64,000 bases of DNA from Heteronotia binoei (lineage: Eukaryota), in assembly GCF_032191835.1 (NCBI RefSeq), contig NC_083237.1:18662001-18726000 (forward strand), read 5' to 3'. Numbering within the stretch: the first letter of the stretch is position 1; each line of letters begins with the position of its first letter. This document shows, piece after piece, positions 34,020 through 47,447 of this stretch. The notes under the pieces were generated by a model. The model was given only the letters and a program-made list of their open reading frames with translations. It was not told where the DNA came from and did not search any database. The position numbers were made by a program, and so were the translations under genes.

Positions 34020-35479
34020 GTAAGAGAATCATTGTTCCTCTAACACAGAGGTGGTGGTGGTGGTGGTGGTGATGATATCTGATTTTATTTGAGCAAATCT
34101 GCATATTTGCAAAGCTCAGTAGGCATTTTTAATAATAATGGATAGCATTAAGCATTGTGGCTACCCAAATAAAGTACTCACGCTCCAAGGCCAAAGATTA
34201 TGCTTATACCATATTGCTTCATTAATAATTTATAAATAGATTGCACTTTTTTTGTTTTGTTTAGCATTTATACACTTTCCTAGATTAGTAAAGAGTTCAG
34301 TAGCATCTTAAAGACTGACAGATTTTATTGTGGCATAAGCTTTCAAAAAACAGAGCTCTCTCTGTCAGAACTGTGATGAAGAGAGCTGTTTCTCCAAAGC
34401 TTATGCTAAAATAAAATCTGTTAATCTTAAAGGTACTGCTGGACTCTTTACTATTTTGCAGCAACAGACTAACACAGCCAACTCCTCTGGATATATTTCC
34501 TTGATTAGAAGGTATATAGCAGGAGGTAGAGATTTTTTTTAAAGCTGCAGTAAATATAAAAAGTAAAAGGTAGTACCCTGTAAAAGCACCAGTCGTTTCC
34601 GACTCTGGAGTGACATTGCTTTCACAACATTGTCATAGCAGACTCATTTTGCCGAGCTCGGAATAATGGAAGGCTGAGTCAACCTAATGCTGGCTACCTG
34701 AAACCAGCTTCGACTTGGATCAAACTTAGGTTGTGAGCAGAGTTCAGACTGCAGTAAATACACAACCACCCAAATGCAGGCTATATTGAGAAAAGCCAGT
34801 TCTACACAGGGGATGCCAAAACTTGAAAATAAAGTAACGAGGAGGGAACTATTGTTTGAAAAATATAAAAACTTCTGAGAAAAATGTCAGTGTGACATAT
34901 ATGCAAAAATATTTGTATGACACAAGAGGCTTGTGATATTTATCACTACAGACTGAAGCAACTGCGGCATCAATCGGCAAACATTTTTGTCCCTCAGGTT
35001 AAATATCTCCTGTATATAAGGCAAAAAGCAGAGAGATATTTTGGGGGAAGGGAGGGTTTGGGGAAAGCAGAACAAGAGTGTCTTCCCCACTGTTCACAAC
35101 AGCAGAATTCAGAATCACTAAACTGTATTTATTTTAGCAGTATAGGTAGGACAGACATAAAATCTCTGCTGAAGGCTCATGGATTGTGCATCCTAAAGGG
35201 AATTAGACAAATCCATAGATATATCAAGGGCTATTTGTTTTGGTAACTAAAAGGAACCTCCAGTATCCTTTTGAACATCAGTCACTGGCAGATGGCTCCA
35301 TGTCCAGCTTGCAGGTTTCCCAAGAGCATTATACTATGGGAAATGAACAGAGAATCCAATGGGTCATTTCTCTCATTCAGCTGGGACCTAGTGATGTTCT
35401 CAGACACAATACTGTGACCAATCCAGATGCTGTGCATTGAAGCATTCTCTTCTTAAACAATAACTGGTTGTCTTTGCAG

Positions 35480-35771
35480 CCTGAAAACAAAGTTCTACCA
35501 GCATGTCCTGGCCTTGGTGTTTGCCATCTTTGAAATCAATGAGGACCCCACCATCTTGCCCAACATTACTCTTGGGTTCCACATCCATGACTCCACAGTA
35601 GATCCAAAATGGATTTACAGACCCACCCTGGACCTGCTCTTCACAGCAGCTGAACTTGTCCCAAACTACAAATGTGGCTACCAGAAAAAAATGGCTGGCA
35701 TAATTGGGGGCTATAGTTCTGAAACCACATCAGACATGGCGACTCTCTTAAGTCTTTACAAGATCCCACAG
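35480..35771 (+). CDS. Vomeronasal type-2 receptor (V2R) exon 2
   Basis: ttgcag acceptor; TKFYQHVLALVFAIFEINEDPTILPNITLGFHIHDS..YKIPQ; cag|gt donor; 292 bp and phase-consistent. Confidence 0.92.
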
Positions 35772-36190
35772 GTACGATCAGAGAACTGGGATTATTTGGA
35801 CTTTCACAAATCTCACACGTAGTTTAATCACCTTTGCTGATCTATTATCAAGTACTGCAAAGAATAAAAAAATAAGGGGCCAATTCTACACAGGGGATTT
35901 GGGAGTGATATGGATCTTGAAATGACAGTTGTCAGAAAGGACTCCAAAGGATGCGTGTTGAATATTCAAGTTGAAAAGATGGCTAATAAATGTTTCTAAA
36001 TAAAATAAAATAATTACAAACAATTATACTAGTAGAAGGCTGAAATATGCAGACAAAGAATATGTGGAACATATTGTTGTATTTTATACCATTTACATTG
36101 GGGATATTATAAGAACTGAAGTAACATTTAAATGACTTTTAAAGAAGAAGGTGATGAATAGAGTCAAGTAGTCTAATTATCCCTCTATAA

Positions 36191-36257
36191 CAGGGGTGAC
36201 CAGCGGTAGCTTTCCAGATGCAAAAAACATCTGGAGAGCTACCGTTGGCCACCCCTG
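36191..36257. mobile_element. 67 bp hAT (Charlie-like) MITE with 8 bp TSD CTCTATAA
   Basis: caggggtg...cacccctg near-perfect palindrome; TSD at 36183..36190 and 36258..36265. Confidence 0.85.
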
Positions 36258-36289
36258 CTCTATAACATGACTTTTTGTTTCCTTCCTAG

Positions 36290-37174
36290 CTGTCATTTGG
36301 CTCCTTTGAATCAGATGTGGATGTCCCAACCAGTCGGTCATCTTTTTACCGCATGTTCCCCAAGGAAGCCCTTCAGTATGAGGGGATTGTCCACTTACTT
36401 CTGCATTTCAGGTGGAGATGGGTTGGGCTCATCACTCTGGATGACGAAAGGGGAGATCGTTTCTTGCAGACTTTGGAGCCGATGCTTTCCAGGAATGGAA
36501 TCTGTACAGCCTTCACAGAAAAGGCAGCAAGACAGGTCCCCTGGGATGACATATCCTTTCTGAACAAATATCTATACAGTAGTAATGCAAAGTTCTTGGA
36601 CAGCGAAGCAAATGCAATTGTCGTCTATGGAGGAACTGGAGCATTTCTTTGGCTGACGACCGTTATCTTCATGCCCACGATGGTGATGAATCTCACAGGG
36701 GCTGACTACGGGGAGAGGACCTCTACAGGAAAAGTGTGGATTACAACCGCCCAGATGGATTTTGCACTCATCCCTTTTCATAAGGCGTTTGATATAGAGA
36801 TATTCCATGGTGCTCTTTCCTTCTCAATTCATTCCAAGCCCATCCGAGGCTTCCATAGATTTCTTCAACTTCTAAAACCTTCCCAGGCAAAGGGGGATGG
36901 CTTTATCAAGGACTTCTGGGAGCAAGTGTTCGACTGTGCATTCCCAGGTTCTGTTAACCCAGAGCACTCTGGTAAGACATGCACCGAAGAGGAGAAGCTG
37001 GAGACTGTCCCGGCACCTTTTTTTGAAATGAGGATGACCAGCCACAGCTACGGTATATATAATGCCGTCTATGCCCTCGCGCACGCCCTACACATCTTGG
37101 GCTCATCTAGAACCAACCACAGAGCAATGGAGACTGGAGGCAGCTTGGCTTCTTTGGATGTGCCACCTTGGAAG
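36290..37174 (+). CDS. V2R exon 3 (ligand-binding domain)
   Basis: cctag acceptor; FYRMFPKE..HFRWRWVGL..TGKVWITTAQMDF..HGALSF..FWEQVFDC..SYGIYNAVYALAHALH; aag|gtaatt donor; 885 bp open. Confidence 0.93.
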
Positions 37175-38698
37175 GTAATTCTTCTTCCCTGTGGAAAAAG
37201 AGAGTCCTCTGCCATGCTCCCTCTAAGCTGTGTTGTGAGCAAAAACTCTGCTTCCTGAGCTGCTGGCATTAAAGCTGTGAGCCAGTTTTCTGTAGTGGTT
37301 TAGTGTGTGGACTTTTATCTGGGAGAACCGGGTTTGATTCCCCACTCCTCCACTTGCAGCTGCTGGAATGGCCTTGGGTCAGCCATAGCTCTTGCAGGAG
37401 TTGTCCTTGAAAGGGCAGCTTCTGGGAGAGCTCTCTCAGCCCCACCCACCTCACAGGGTGTCTCTTATGGGGGAAGAAGATAAAGGAGATTGTAAGCTGC
37501 TCTGAGACTCTGATTGAGAGAAAAGGCCGGGATATAAATCTGCAGCCTTCTTCGTCTTCTACTGCACCAGTTAATTTGCTCTGGGGCCGTGTTGCCTGAG
37601 CTAAGACAAAAATGTGTGAGACGGAGGCTAAAAAACTGTGAGCTGGTTCACCCTAACTTAGTTTACTGGGAACACTAGCCCTCTGCCATGTTTGGGGTTC
37701 AATATGTTGGCAGGAGTGGGGAAATGGGATCTTTAATCTTTTTCCCCTGCCCATCTGAGCAGGGCTGGTGCGAGGGGTTTTGGTGCCCTAGGTGAGCTGC
37801 CCACTAGCCCTCCCCCCCAAAAAAAATTAAAAAACAGAGAATTGTAGGAAAAATGAAGAAACTTGAAACTATTTACATTTTTAATCCACAGTTCTTTTCT
37901 TTTAAATTTATTTTTTTAAAAAAACAATTGTGCAATTAAGCAAAAAAAATTGTGAGAATACTACTTGTTCTATTTAGCTGGATGTGCCACGGATAAGTCC
38001 TTGTGCATATGAGAAGGATGCTCTACCAGGCAAGTTGAGCCAAGAGCAGCTCAGTTGCTGGCTGTGCGTGCAGGCTGGGAGAGATGCAAGCGGGGGGGGG
38101 GGAACTGGCCCAGGGCCCCTGAAGGCATGGGGGTCCATAGGCCAGCCCTTACTTGGCCTATTTGTTAATCCGGCCCTGAATCAAGGTGTACTGAGACTAG
38201 CTGCAGCTCTCCAGAGCGTCCAGCAGAGGAAGAAGAAGAAGACTGCAGATTTATACCCCTCCCTTCTCTCTGAATCAGAGACTCAGAGCGGCTCAAAATC
38301 TCCTATATCTTCTCCCCCCACAACAGACACCCTATGAGATGGGTGGGGCTGAGAGGGCTCTCCCAGCAGCTGCCCTTTCAAGGACAACCTCTGCCAGAGC
38401 TATCACTAACTCAAGGCCATTCCAACAGCTGCAAGTGGAGGAGTGGGGAATCGAACCCGGTTCTCCCAGATAAGAGTCCAAATTGGGTCTCTTCACATCA
38501 CCTTTTACATCACTTACTGCCCTGCCTTTTAAAGGGAAGTGCTGGAGATTGTCTCTGGGACCTTCTGCATGCCCAGCAAATCCTCAGCACTGAGGTACGG
38601 ACACTTCCTGTTTGCCAGTTTAGATGCAGCAAAACCAAAATGGATGTTTTTGGAAGCTCTCTCAGCAGCATTCATTCAAGGAACACCTTGAAGCCTGC

Positions 38699-38985
38699 TG
38701 AGAGCCAGTTTGGTGTAGCAGCTAAGTGCACGGACTCTTATCTGGGAGAACCGGATTTGATTCCCCACTCCTCCACTTGCAGCTGCTGGAATGACCTTGG
38801 GTCAGCCATGGCTCTTGCAGAAGCTGTCCTTGAAAGGGCAGCTGCTGTGAGAGCCCTCTGAGCTCCACCCACCTCACAGGGTGTCTGTTGTGGGGGGAGA
38901 AGATAGAGGAGTTTGTAAGCCGCTCTGTGTCTCTGATTCAGAGAGAAGGACGGGGTATAAACCTGCAGTCCTCTTCTTCTTCTTT
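38699..38985 (+). mobile_element. tRNA-derived SINE with (TCT)n tail (further copies at about 37280..37560 + and 38235..38480 -)
   Basis: Same family as 538..804. Confidence 0.7.
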
Positions 38986-39177
38986 CCTTTGTCTTGTGTC
39001 TGGCAATGGAAGTTTATTTTCATGGTCAAAAGAACAAATTAGTTGCATTCATAAATAACTTCACTCCTAGAAGAAAGTAATCTAAAACTCTGTTTCACAC
39101 TGAGAAGTATTGGTGAGCACACTCCAACCCATCCAATTCATTCCATGCCCTTAAATGCTCCTTCTCTTTCCCCCAAG

Positions 39178-39405
39178 CTCCACACCCTTCTTCAGAGACT
39201 TGCTTTCAACAACAGCGCTGGAGATGAAGTGGCCTTCAATGAACATGGAGAATTGAAAGGTGGATTCGATATTACCAACATGATCGCTTTTCCAAATAAG
39301 TCCTATGTCAGAGTCAAGATCGGGAGGCTGGATCCTCAGGTTCCCCGTAGTCAACGAGTGATAATTGATCAGGATGAGATTAAGTGGAATAGGCACCTTC
39401 CACAG
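39178..39405 (+). CDS. V2R exon 4
   Basis: LHTLLQRLAFNNSAGDEVAFNEHGELKGGFDITN..FPNKS..KIGRLDP; 228 bp with AG/GT boundaries. Confidence 0.92.
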
Positions 39406-39789
39406 GTGAGAAACCATCTCAGTGTTTCTCAAACAAATACAAAACCCTTCATCGTTTAATGAAATGGGTAAGGAGAAGGGTTAAGGGGAACAAATGGATT
39501 CCATGATGTTTTTAATCCATGACATTTGCTAAATCAGCTCTCTCTAAATCAGCATCCTGTATGGGGAGGGCAGGATATAAATCAAATCAAATCAATAAGC
39601 GCAACAAAAATGCCACATGTAATCATATTTTGGATAATCTGCATTCCTCTCACACACTATGAGCCATCTTTGAGATCCCAGATATCACACTTCCATTTCA
39701 TTGACAACTTGTAGAGAAATTCTGAGACAAAGTACTCATGATAGCTTCTCAGTTTTAAGATCCAGGTGGGCAGCTGTGTTGGTCTGAAG

Positions 39790-40010
39790 CAGTAGAACAA
39801 AGTAGGAGTTCAGTAGCACCTTTAAGACCAACAAAGTTTTATCCAGAATGTAAGCTTCCGTATGCGTGTATACTTCTTCAGACGAGGGGATGGGGTACAG
39901 TGAGCTGAAATACATATAGCTGGTGAGTTAAGAGTATTATGCATACGAAACCTTACATTCTGAATAAAACTTTGTGGTCTTAAAGGTGCTACTAGACTCC
40001 TACTTTGTCC
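39790..40010. mobile_element. Penelope-like inverted terminal remnants
   Basis: agtagcacctttaagaccaacaaagtttt at about 39812 is the reverse complement of aaaactttgtggtcttaaaggtgctact at about 39966; carries a degenerate hammerhead core. Confidence 0.55.
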
Positions 40011-40043
40011 TCAGTTCTAAATTCTTGCTTTCTTCAAGGACAG

Positions 40044-40170
40044 GTGCCTCCTTCCTCCCTGTGTAATGAGAACTGCAAACTTGGTTACAGCAAGAGAAAG
40101 AAGGAAGGGGAGAAGTTCTGCTGCTACGATTGTGATCTGTGTCCAGAAGGGAAAATGTCAGACAAAGAAG
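40044..40170 (+). CDS. V2R exon 5 (cysteine-rich domain)
   Basis: VPPSSLCNENCKLGYSKRKKEGEKFCCYDCDLCPEGKMS; 127 bp, phase-1 donor G|GTAGG. Confidence 0.92.
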
Positions 40171-40829
40171 GTAGGAGATGCTCTGGGAAAGATTCCTCCT
40201 TTTAAAGATTCCCCAAATGTTTCATTACTTGAAGTGTGGGAATTTGAAACATTTACTCTTTGAGGAATTATTAAAAAAGACTTAAATTGGCCATTTTGTC
40301 ATTATACATTAAGAATGTTTAACAGAAGTAGTGCCCTACTGGATCAGACCAGCAGTCTGTCAACTCCAGCATCCTTCCTCAATATTAGCCAACCCGTTCA
40401 TCTGGATGGCCAACAACAGGGTATAGAGGCCAAAGCCTTCCCTTGACGTTGTCTCCTGGCTCTGAGATTCAGAGGTTTGCTGCCTCTGAATGTGGAGGTT
40501 CCCTTGAGTCAACATGGTCAGCAGCCACTGACAGGCCATCTTCCATGAATCTGATTCCCTATTAAAGCCGCCGAAGTCTGTGGCCATCTCTACATCAACA
40601 GGCAGCATATTCCATGACTGATTTCCCACCAGCCTTATGCCGCTCTCACACTTGTCTTCTCAGCGGGGGTTCTGTTGGATTTCACACTATCTGCCCCGCA
40701 GAGAAGAGGAGCGTGAGACCGGCGTAAGGCTCATGGGAAATCGGTCCCTGTTTTTAATTAGGTTGTGTGTAAAGAAGTGCTTCCTTTTGTCTGTCTGAAT
40801 CTGCTGCCCATCTGTTTCCTAAAAAACCC

Positions 40830-41330
40830 TTGAATTCTAGTATTTTGGGTGAGTCAGAGAAAGCTATTTTGTTCTGCCCCTACTGTCTATCCCATGTTTA
40901 TTTTCCAAACCTCTATCAGGTCTGTTCTTTTAGTCATCTCTTTTCTGAACTAATTCTTCAGCTTTTCCTCATCGGAGAAGTCCTCCAATCCTTTCATTAC
41001 TGTGGTTGCCCTCTGCTGTACTTTTCCCAGCTGTGTGGTGTCCTTTTTGAGATACGGTTATCAGAACTGCACATCGTATTTCAAATGAGGCTGCACCACA
41101 GATCTACATAGGGGCATTGTGATACTGCTTGATACTGATATTTTATTTTCAATCCCTTTTCTAATACTGCCCAGCATATTGTTAGCATTTTTCACTGCTG
41201 TGGCACACCGGGTTGTCACTTCCATTGAGTTAGACACTAAGACCTCAAGGTCTCTTTCCTTCTCAGTTTCCCGAAGTTCAAACTTCATTAGTATATATTT
41301 CAAGATAGGATTTTTTTTTGTCACCTTAGA
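40830..41330 (-). mobile_element. Decayed CR1 RT fragment
   Basis: EKERDLEVLV..AVKNANNMLGSIRKGI..VVQPHLKY..QFW, typical of CR1 ORF2. Confidence 0.7.
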
Positions 41331-41344
41331 CTTTTAAAAAATGT

Positions 41345-41628
41345 AAAGGAAATCCCCTGTGCAAGCACCAGTAATTTCTGACTCTGGTGTGACGTTGCTT
41401 TCACAACATCATCATGGCAGATTTTTTAATGGGGTGGTTTGTCGTTGCCTTCCCCAGTCATTTACACTTTACCCCTAAGCAAGCTGGGTACTCATTTTAC
41501 CAGCCTCGGAAGGATGGGAGGCTGAGTCGACCTTGAGCCGGCTACCTTAACCCAGCTTCCACCAGCATCAAACTCAGGTCATGAGCAGAGCTTGGACTGC
41601 AGTACTGCAGCTTACCACTCTTTACACT
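41345..41628 (-). mobile_element. Sauria-type SINE
   Basis: gggtactcattttaccagcctcggaaggatgggaggctgagtcgacc; reverse of the 16364 family. Confidence 0.75.
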
Positions 41629-41767
41629 TACTGGTGTTGAACATTCCTGTGTATTTCTCCATTTGTTTCCAGAGATTTTGTGAAGTTATGGGAATTTAGA
41701 TTTAAAAGTAACAGAATTCCTGAACAGTAGTATGGCTTAGTTCTGTTTGAAGGACAGAGGCTATCTG

Positions 41768-44700
41768 TAAATAGCAAATAGCAAGCCTTTATTGGCATAA
41801 AACAGATTTAGCAGTAAAATAGCAATATAAATAATATAAAATCCTAGATTATAAAGTACATAGGGAGCTAAAATACATAAAATAAGTAAAATATATATGA
41901 GTCGAGTTTAGCCAAATTAAATAATTAAAAGATAAAATGTGGTCATTCCAGAACCATTCTCTGTCGTATTTCCATGGCCTGTTGGAGAAATCTAGCCACC
42001 ATTAAAGTTACCCCAGTGCAAGTGTCATTTAAAAGTTTGTGGACTTTGCCTGAATCAGCACAGCCCAACATATCGGCTAAGGTATCTTTCAAGTATATAC
42101 AACAAATATCATCATAAAGAGGACAGTTCAGTAGTACAAGGGAAATAGTTTCAATACACTTGGAATTACAAAGACAGTGTCTATTAGAGTACTCAATCCT
42201 GTTAAATCTACCAAATAGGATAGCAGATGGTAATGCATTACATCTTGTTAACGAGAATGCATGCCATTGCTGTGGAGCTTGCAGAGAGGAGAAATACGAC
42301 GCTTATTTCCCTACTGAAAGAGGAAGTTCAAAATTCCGCGGGGAGCAGGACTTGTTGGCCAGGCTATATAACGTTTGCATTTCAATATCTAGAATTCTGA
42401 GCTTAAGTTTCAAAAAAGCTTCTTTTAAGGATAGCATAAGAAGTGAATCTAAATCAATGCCATAGATTTTATTTTCTTCTCAATAAATACTAGCCAATTT
42501 GACAAATTAGATACTGAGAGCAGTTGATATAAAAGGCTCTCTGAGTCAGAGTGGAAATGTAGTCAAAGCCAGTATTTAAGTGATATTAGCCATGCTTGTG
42601 TTTCCACAAGATTCGTCCCTGTTTCTAAACACAAAACTGCATATGGTACGCACTTTGGGAATTCCAGAATTTTCCATAGGAATTTTGATTGGACACCTTC
42701 AATGTTATTATCCAAGGCTGTGATCCACACTGGGACCCCATATAAAAACTGCGGTATCACTTTAGCCTTAAAGATTTTTAGCGCGGCTGGGATAAACTGA
42801 TTGCCTCTGCTGTAAAAGAGGCGCGGGATAGCTGCAACACTAACATTGACTGACTTAATTATACAGTTACGATGATTAGTCCAAAGTGTGTTATATTGAA
42901 AATGAATTCCTAGGTATTTGTAGTATTTTACTTGTTCTATCTCTTTGCCACCTATTGACCATTTAGTTGGTTTCCAAGATTTGGAAAAAACAACAATTTT
43001 AGATTTGTCATAGTTCAATAGAAGCTTATTGTTGTTAAGGAAGGTGATACAGCGAACAAGCAAACGCTTTAATCCAATTCTGGAACAAGATAATAAGACT
43101 GTATTGTCCACATATAACAGTAAGGGAACATGTCTGGCACCAAGTTTTGGACTATGATGGTCAGTATCTGACAAAAAGGGAGCAAGATCATTAAGAAAGA
43201 GGTTAAACAAAAAGGGGGCCAACACACAACCTTGTTTAACCCCCTTTCTTAACAGGATTTTTGACATAAGATTGCCTGATAAAGAGCATTTGACTTGACA
43301 AAAGTTGAAAGTATATATTTTTTATGAGCATAAGGAGTCTTTTATCAATACTTGTTTGTTCCAGTTTATCCCACAACAGGTCTCTGTCAATTGAATCAAA
43401 TGCTCCCTTTAAATCTAAAAAGGCTACATACAATTTCATCTTTTTCCCAATAGTGTATTTAAAAATTAGATGGGACAAAGTATTACAATGATCGAGAGTA
43501 GTTTTGCCTTTACAAAAACCCAGCTGTTCCGTACCAAGAATTTTTTCTCGTGTCATCCATTGCTCAAGTTTCCTCAGCAGATACTTAGAATATAATGTAC
43601 CAATGGTGGATAGGAGACTAATCGGCCTGTAATTATTTGGGATGGCGGGATCTCCTTTTTTATAAATTGGAACCACTATTGAATTAAGCCAGGCTTTAGG
43701 AATTATGCCAGTTCTGTCAATACTAGTAAAGAGAGATGCGAGCGGAGTAGCCCAACAATCTGGATCTAACTTTAGGATTTCAGAGGGAATAACATCTGGT
43801 CCTGCTGCTTTACCTGATTTCAGTTGCAAAATTACATCTTTAACTTCATCAGAAGTCACAGAGGGCCACTCCAGAAGATCTACCTGAGAAAGTTCAAAAG
43901 GTCTAGAAGTGTATAGTTTACTTTGGGAGAACATAGAGAATAAATATTGGTACCAGACATTGGGGGAAATGGCAGACATAGAAGGGGCATCAACTCTATG
44001 GGCACCTGATACAATAGACCAGAATTTTTTAGAGTTCTTTAAGATTATGGCCTGGTATAGCTCCTCCCATTGAAGTTTAGCATAATCATTCTTTTTGCTT
44101 ATAATAACCTGGGACAGCTGATTTTTAAGATCAAAGTACTCTGATGGTAAAAACAAAGCCCCAGAGTCGCGGTAACATTTGTAGGTGTTACGCAACAGAG
44201 TTTTAACGGCTCTACATTCTTCATCAAACCAGGGCTGCAGAGATTTTATATTTCTTCCCTTTTTTACATTTTTAGGTTTAACATTTAGTGAACTAAGAAT
44301 GTTAGATACTAGAGAATCATAGGCTATTATTAGCACTGCAGAATTTGTTGCAGTGGTTAAAACCCTTCTAAGATTCAAAAGGGAATGAGAATTTAAAAGT
44401 AACTGAGCTGCTTGTTTAGTCTGACTATTCCAGCAGATTTTTGGTAAGGACGTAGACTCCAACAAGTGTATAGAGGGATTAAGGGAAGAGTCTGGGGAAG
44501 AGTCTGTATGAAGGGTCAAGATAAGTGGAAGGTGATCACTAATAATGAGATCACCTATACAGAAATCTTTTATGTAAAATTCTAGTGAGAAAGGGACAGT
44601 AATATAATCAATTATACTGCAACCTGTATTAGAAATGAATGTAAAATCCCCTGAATGAGAAAATCTTTCCAAACCATTTAACCAGACCCTATTGTGTTGG

Positions 44701-46849
44701 ATACAAAATTTGGCAAAGCAAATGCCTGCCAAATTTGAATACCTATCCTTAGATTGCCTCCTATAGGAAAAAAAAAGGTGGTAAAGTATCATCTAGATTG
44801 AGGTTAAGGGCCTTAGAAAAGATTTTATCATCATTGCCCACACTTGCATTAAAATCTCCTGCTATTATTATTTCAAAAGAGGGAAATTTGGTTTCCAATT
44901 CACTCACAATTACATTCAAACGTTCCCAATGATATAAAAGGGCCAATTTATCTAGGGGATATATATGTTTACCAAAGTCAAGGAAAGTTTCCCATAAACA
45001 AGCTTGACAGCTTGTTCCATAACACTTCCAGCCTGTAGGGGGGATGTCTACAGAATTGTGAAGAAGAGACACAAATGTAGACAAACCCATTTGAAAACGG
45101 CCTCTTGAGTTGGTTATAAAGGCTGGGAGCGAATAGGACTTATAACCTTCAAGATGAATCGGACTTTGGGACCAAGTCTCTTGTAGGACGATGACATCAA
45201 AGTTCTTAAGGTAGCTAATAAATTCAGCATCTTTGGATTTATTCCACCAACCAGCAACATTCCACGAGATGATCTTAATGTCCTATAGTGGAGAAGTATT
45301 TGGAGTTGAAGACAATGAGGAGGATCTCAGTCAGTCATCTTGGGAAAATTGGTTTGGCAAGCAGGAAGAAACAAAAGTCATACCTTCATTTTCAAGGCCC
45401 CTAGAAATATTTTTGCTAAGTTCACAAAGGCTTGGCCAGATGAAATTATCCTTAGGATTGATGGAATTGTCCATAGACGTGGTGGGCGCTGGATGAATTT
45501 CAGCAACGACCAGCCTTTCCAAAGGCCGCCTGATTTCAGATTGGGGGTAAGTGGTTAGTGAAATCTCAGATGGGAAAGTAGATCTCATATTGTCCACATT
45601 CGAGTTTGTTAAAGGAGGGCAAATGGAAATTGAAGAGTGAGTGAGGAGGATCTTGATGATCTAGGTCAATCAAAGGCACATCTTGAAGCTCTCTCAACTC
45701 GATAGAAGAAGACCTAGGAGAGCTCTTTTGCTGCTCACTCTGCTTCAATAAGAGGCTTTCTTTCAACAAGTCTAGTCTTTTTAAAATGTCTTGTTGATCA
45801 TAAGACTGAAGGGATTGGAACTGATCTCTAATATTGTCTTCCAAGATGTTGGTTGCAGAAAGAACCTCCATAGATTCATTAAGAGGGTAAGACTGAGGTG
45901 ACAAATTTGCTGTGGTGGATGAAGTGTTTGCATTCAAGATGTCACCTGATCTATCTGCAACTATTGAAGAGTTATCCTGTAGATCTAGATATTTCTTTCG
46001 ATGAATCAGGGGTAGAATGATTTCATTCTTGAAGACGTGCGTAGGGAAGATTCCTTTGGATGAGAGATATTTTTTTGATCGCAACAGAAGCTGAGGAATC
46101 TGCACTGACCTGAAAGATAAAAGCACCCTCTGTGACTGGGAACAAGCATCAAAGAGATCTATCTCATGTAGATCAATCCAAGCCGTTTCCCCTGGGAATA
46201 AAGTTCTTAAATGTCTTTTGGACACTGTTCACTCACTGTTCACTCTATTTAGACAGCCACGGGGCTGTGTGTGACTAGAGAAGAGTCACAGTAAAAGACC
46301 TGAGAGGTCACAGACACAGATGCACTTCTCTTAATAGCTAAAGTGTGTTCGGGGTTCTGGGCAATGAATGAAGGCGGCTGCCGCCAAAGCTCCAAAACGC
46401 TCTTTTATTAACCTTTTATACAGTTTTATTAACCTTTTAAACCTTTTTTCTGTTCCTTTAGGCTGTTAATTGTTTGTACTCTGTACAAATTCCAACCTCC
46501 AATCGTCTTGAGATTCTGGCGGACTATAATGATGATTTAAATAAACCAACTTTAAATTAATCAGTCTTAATCAAACAAAAAGTTGGTGATTCACATCCAG
46601 TAATTAATAACAGCTGTAAGCCGGAGGGGGCAGTGCGGAGTCCTCTAAGCAGCACTGAGGGCAACAGTTCTAATGACCCATCTGATTTGATCAGCCTTGT
46701 TGCTATAACAGTTGAGCACAACTATAATAAACTAAAACTGCTGCATAGTAAAATTGATCATGCCAGTAAGCAGCTCTCTTACTTTGGAAAGAGACTCCAG
46801 AAACTGGGAGAGATGGATCTCCAAAAAGACCCTTTTTGGATAGTTATCC
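41768..46849 (-). mobile_element. APE-RT LINE (RTE-X-like, tentative), decayed, with 13 bp TSD and an inverted 5' segment; lies in V2R intron 5
   Basis: TSD cagaggctatctg at 41755..41767 and 46850..46862. APE motifs ISWNVAG..VLQETW, IIAGDFNA, SIIDY, SDHLP. RT motifs NYRPISLL, FLDLKGAFDS, GVKQGCVLAP. 3' gccaataaaggcttgctatttgct tail. Confidence 0.85.
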
Positions 46850-47447
46850 CAGAGGCTATCTGGTGAGGAAATTGAAAAGGATCAGCAGGAACAACAAAAG
46901 TTCTTCAACCACAATAGCTTGGGGGTATAGATAGTAGCTTTTGTGTCCCTGAATGCAGTGCTCTCTGGGGAACGTGTGGAGAAAGGCAGTCCTGTAGTAA
47001 GGCAGACTGTGTGCCGCACGGGCTAGGGCCTTCTTAGTGGCAGCACCAGAACTGTGAATGTCCTCCCGGAGGCGAGATGAGTCCTACGGGATCTCTCTCA
47101 ACTCCACAGGGCCTGCGAAAGGGAACTATTTCAACAGGCGTTCAACATCTAAACCAGGAGAGGACTGCCATCCTACACTGCTGAGGAACAACGATCATAG
47201 GATCACTGTCACAAGATCCCGCATATACTGAAGTTGAAAAAGGTAAAGGTAGTCCCCTGATTTCAAGGTATCTCGGTATACCCCGGATGGTGCAAATGGT
47301 GTTATTGCTTCTTACTTATTTAAAATGTTAGGACAGGTTTATAAAACTGTTTTCATCATGGACTGAGGAAAAAATATTAGCTACTATCTTACAAAAAACT
47401 CTTCTTGTAGAATCAAAGTGCCTCAGTAGGTTTTCTTCTCCTTTCAG

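Noticed and set aside
33907-34104. ORF with a poly-histidine tract
   Set aside because: Antisense to V2R exon 1; the His run is a (GGT)n microsatellite in the intron
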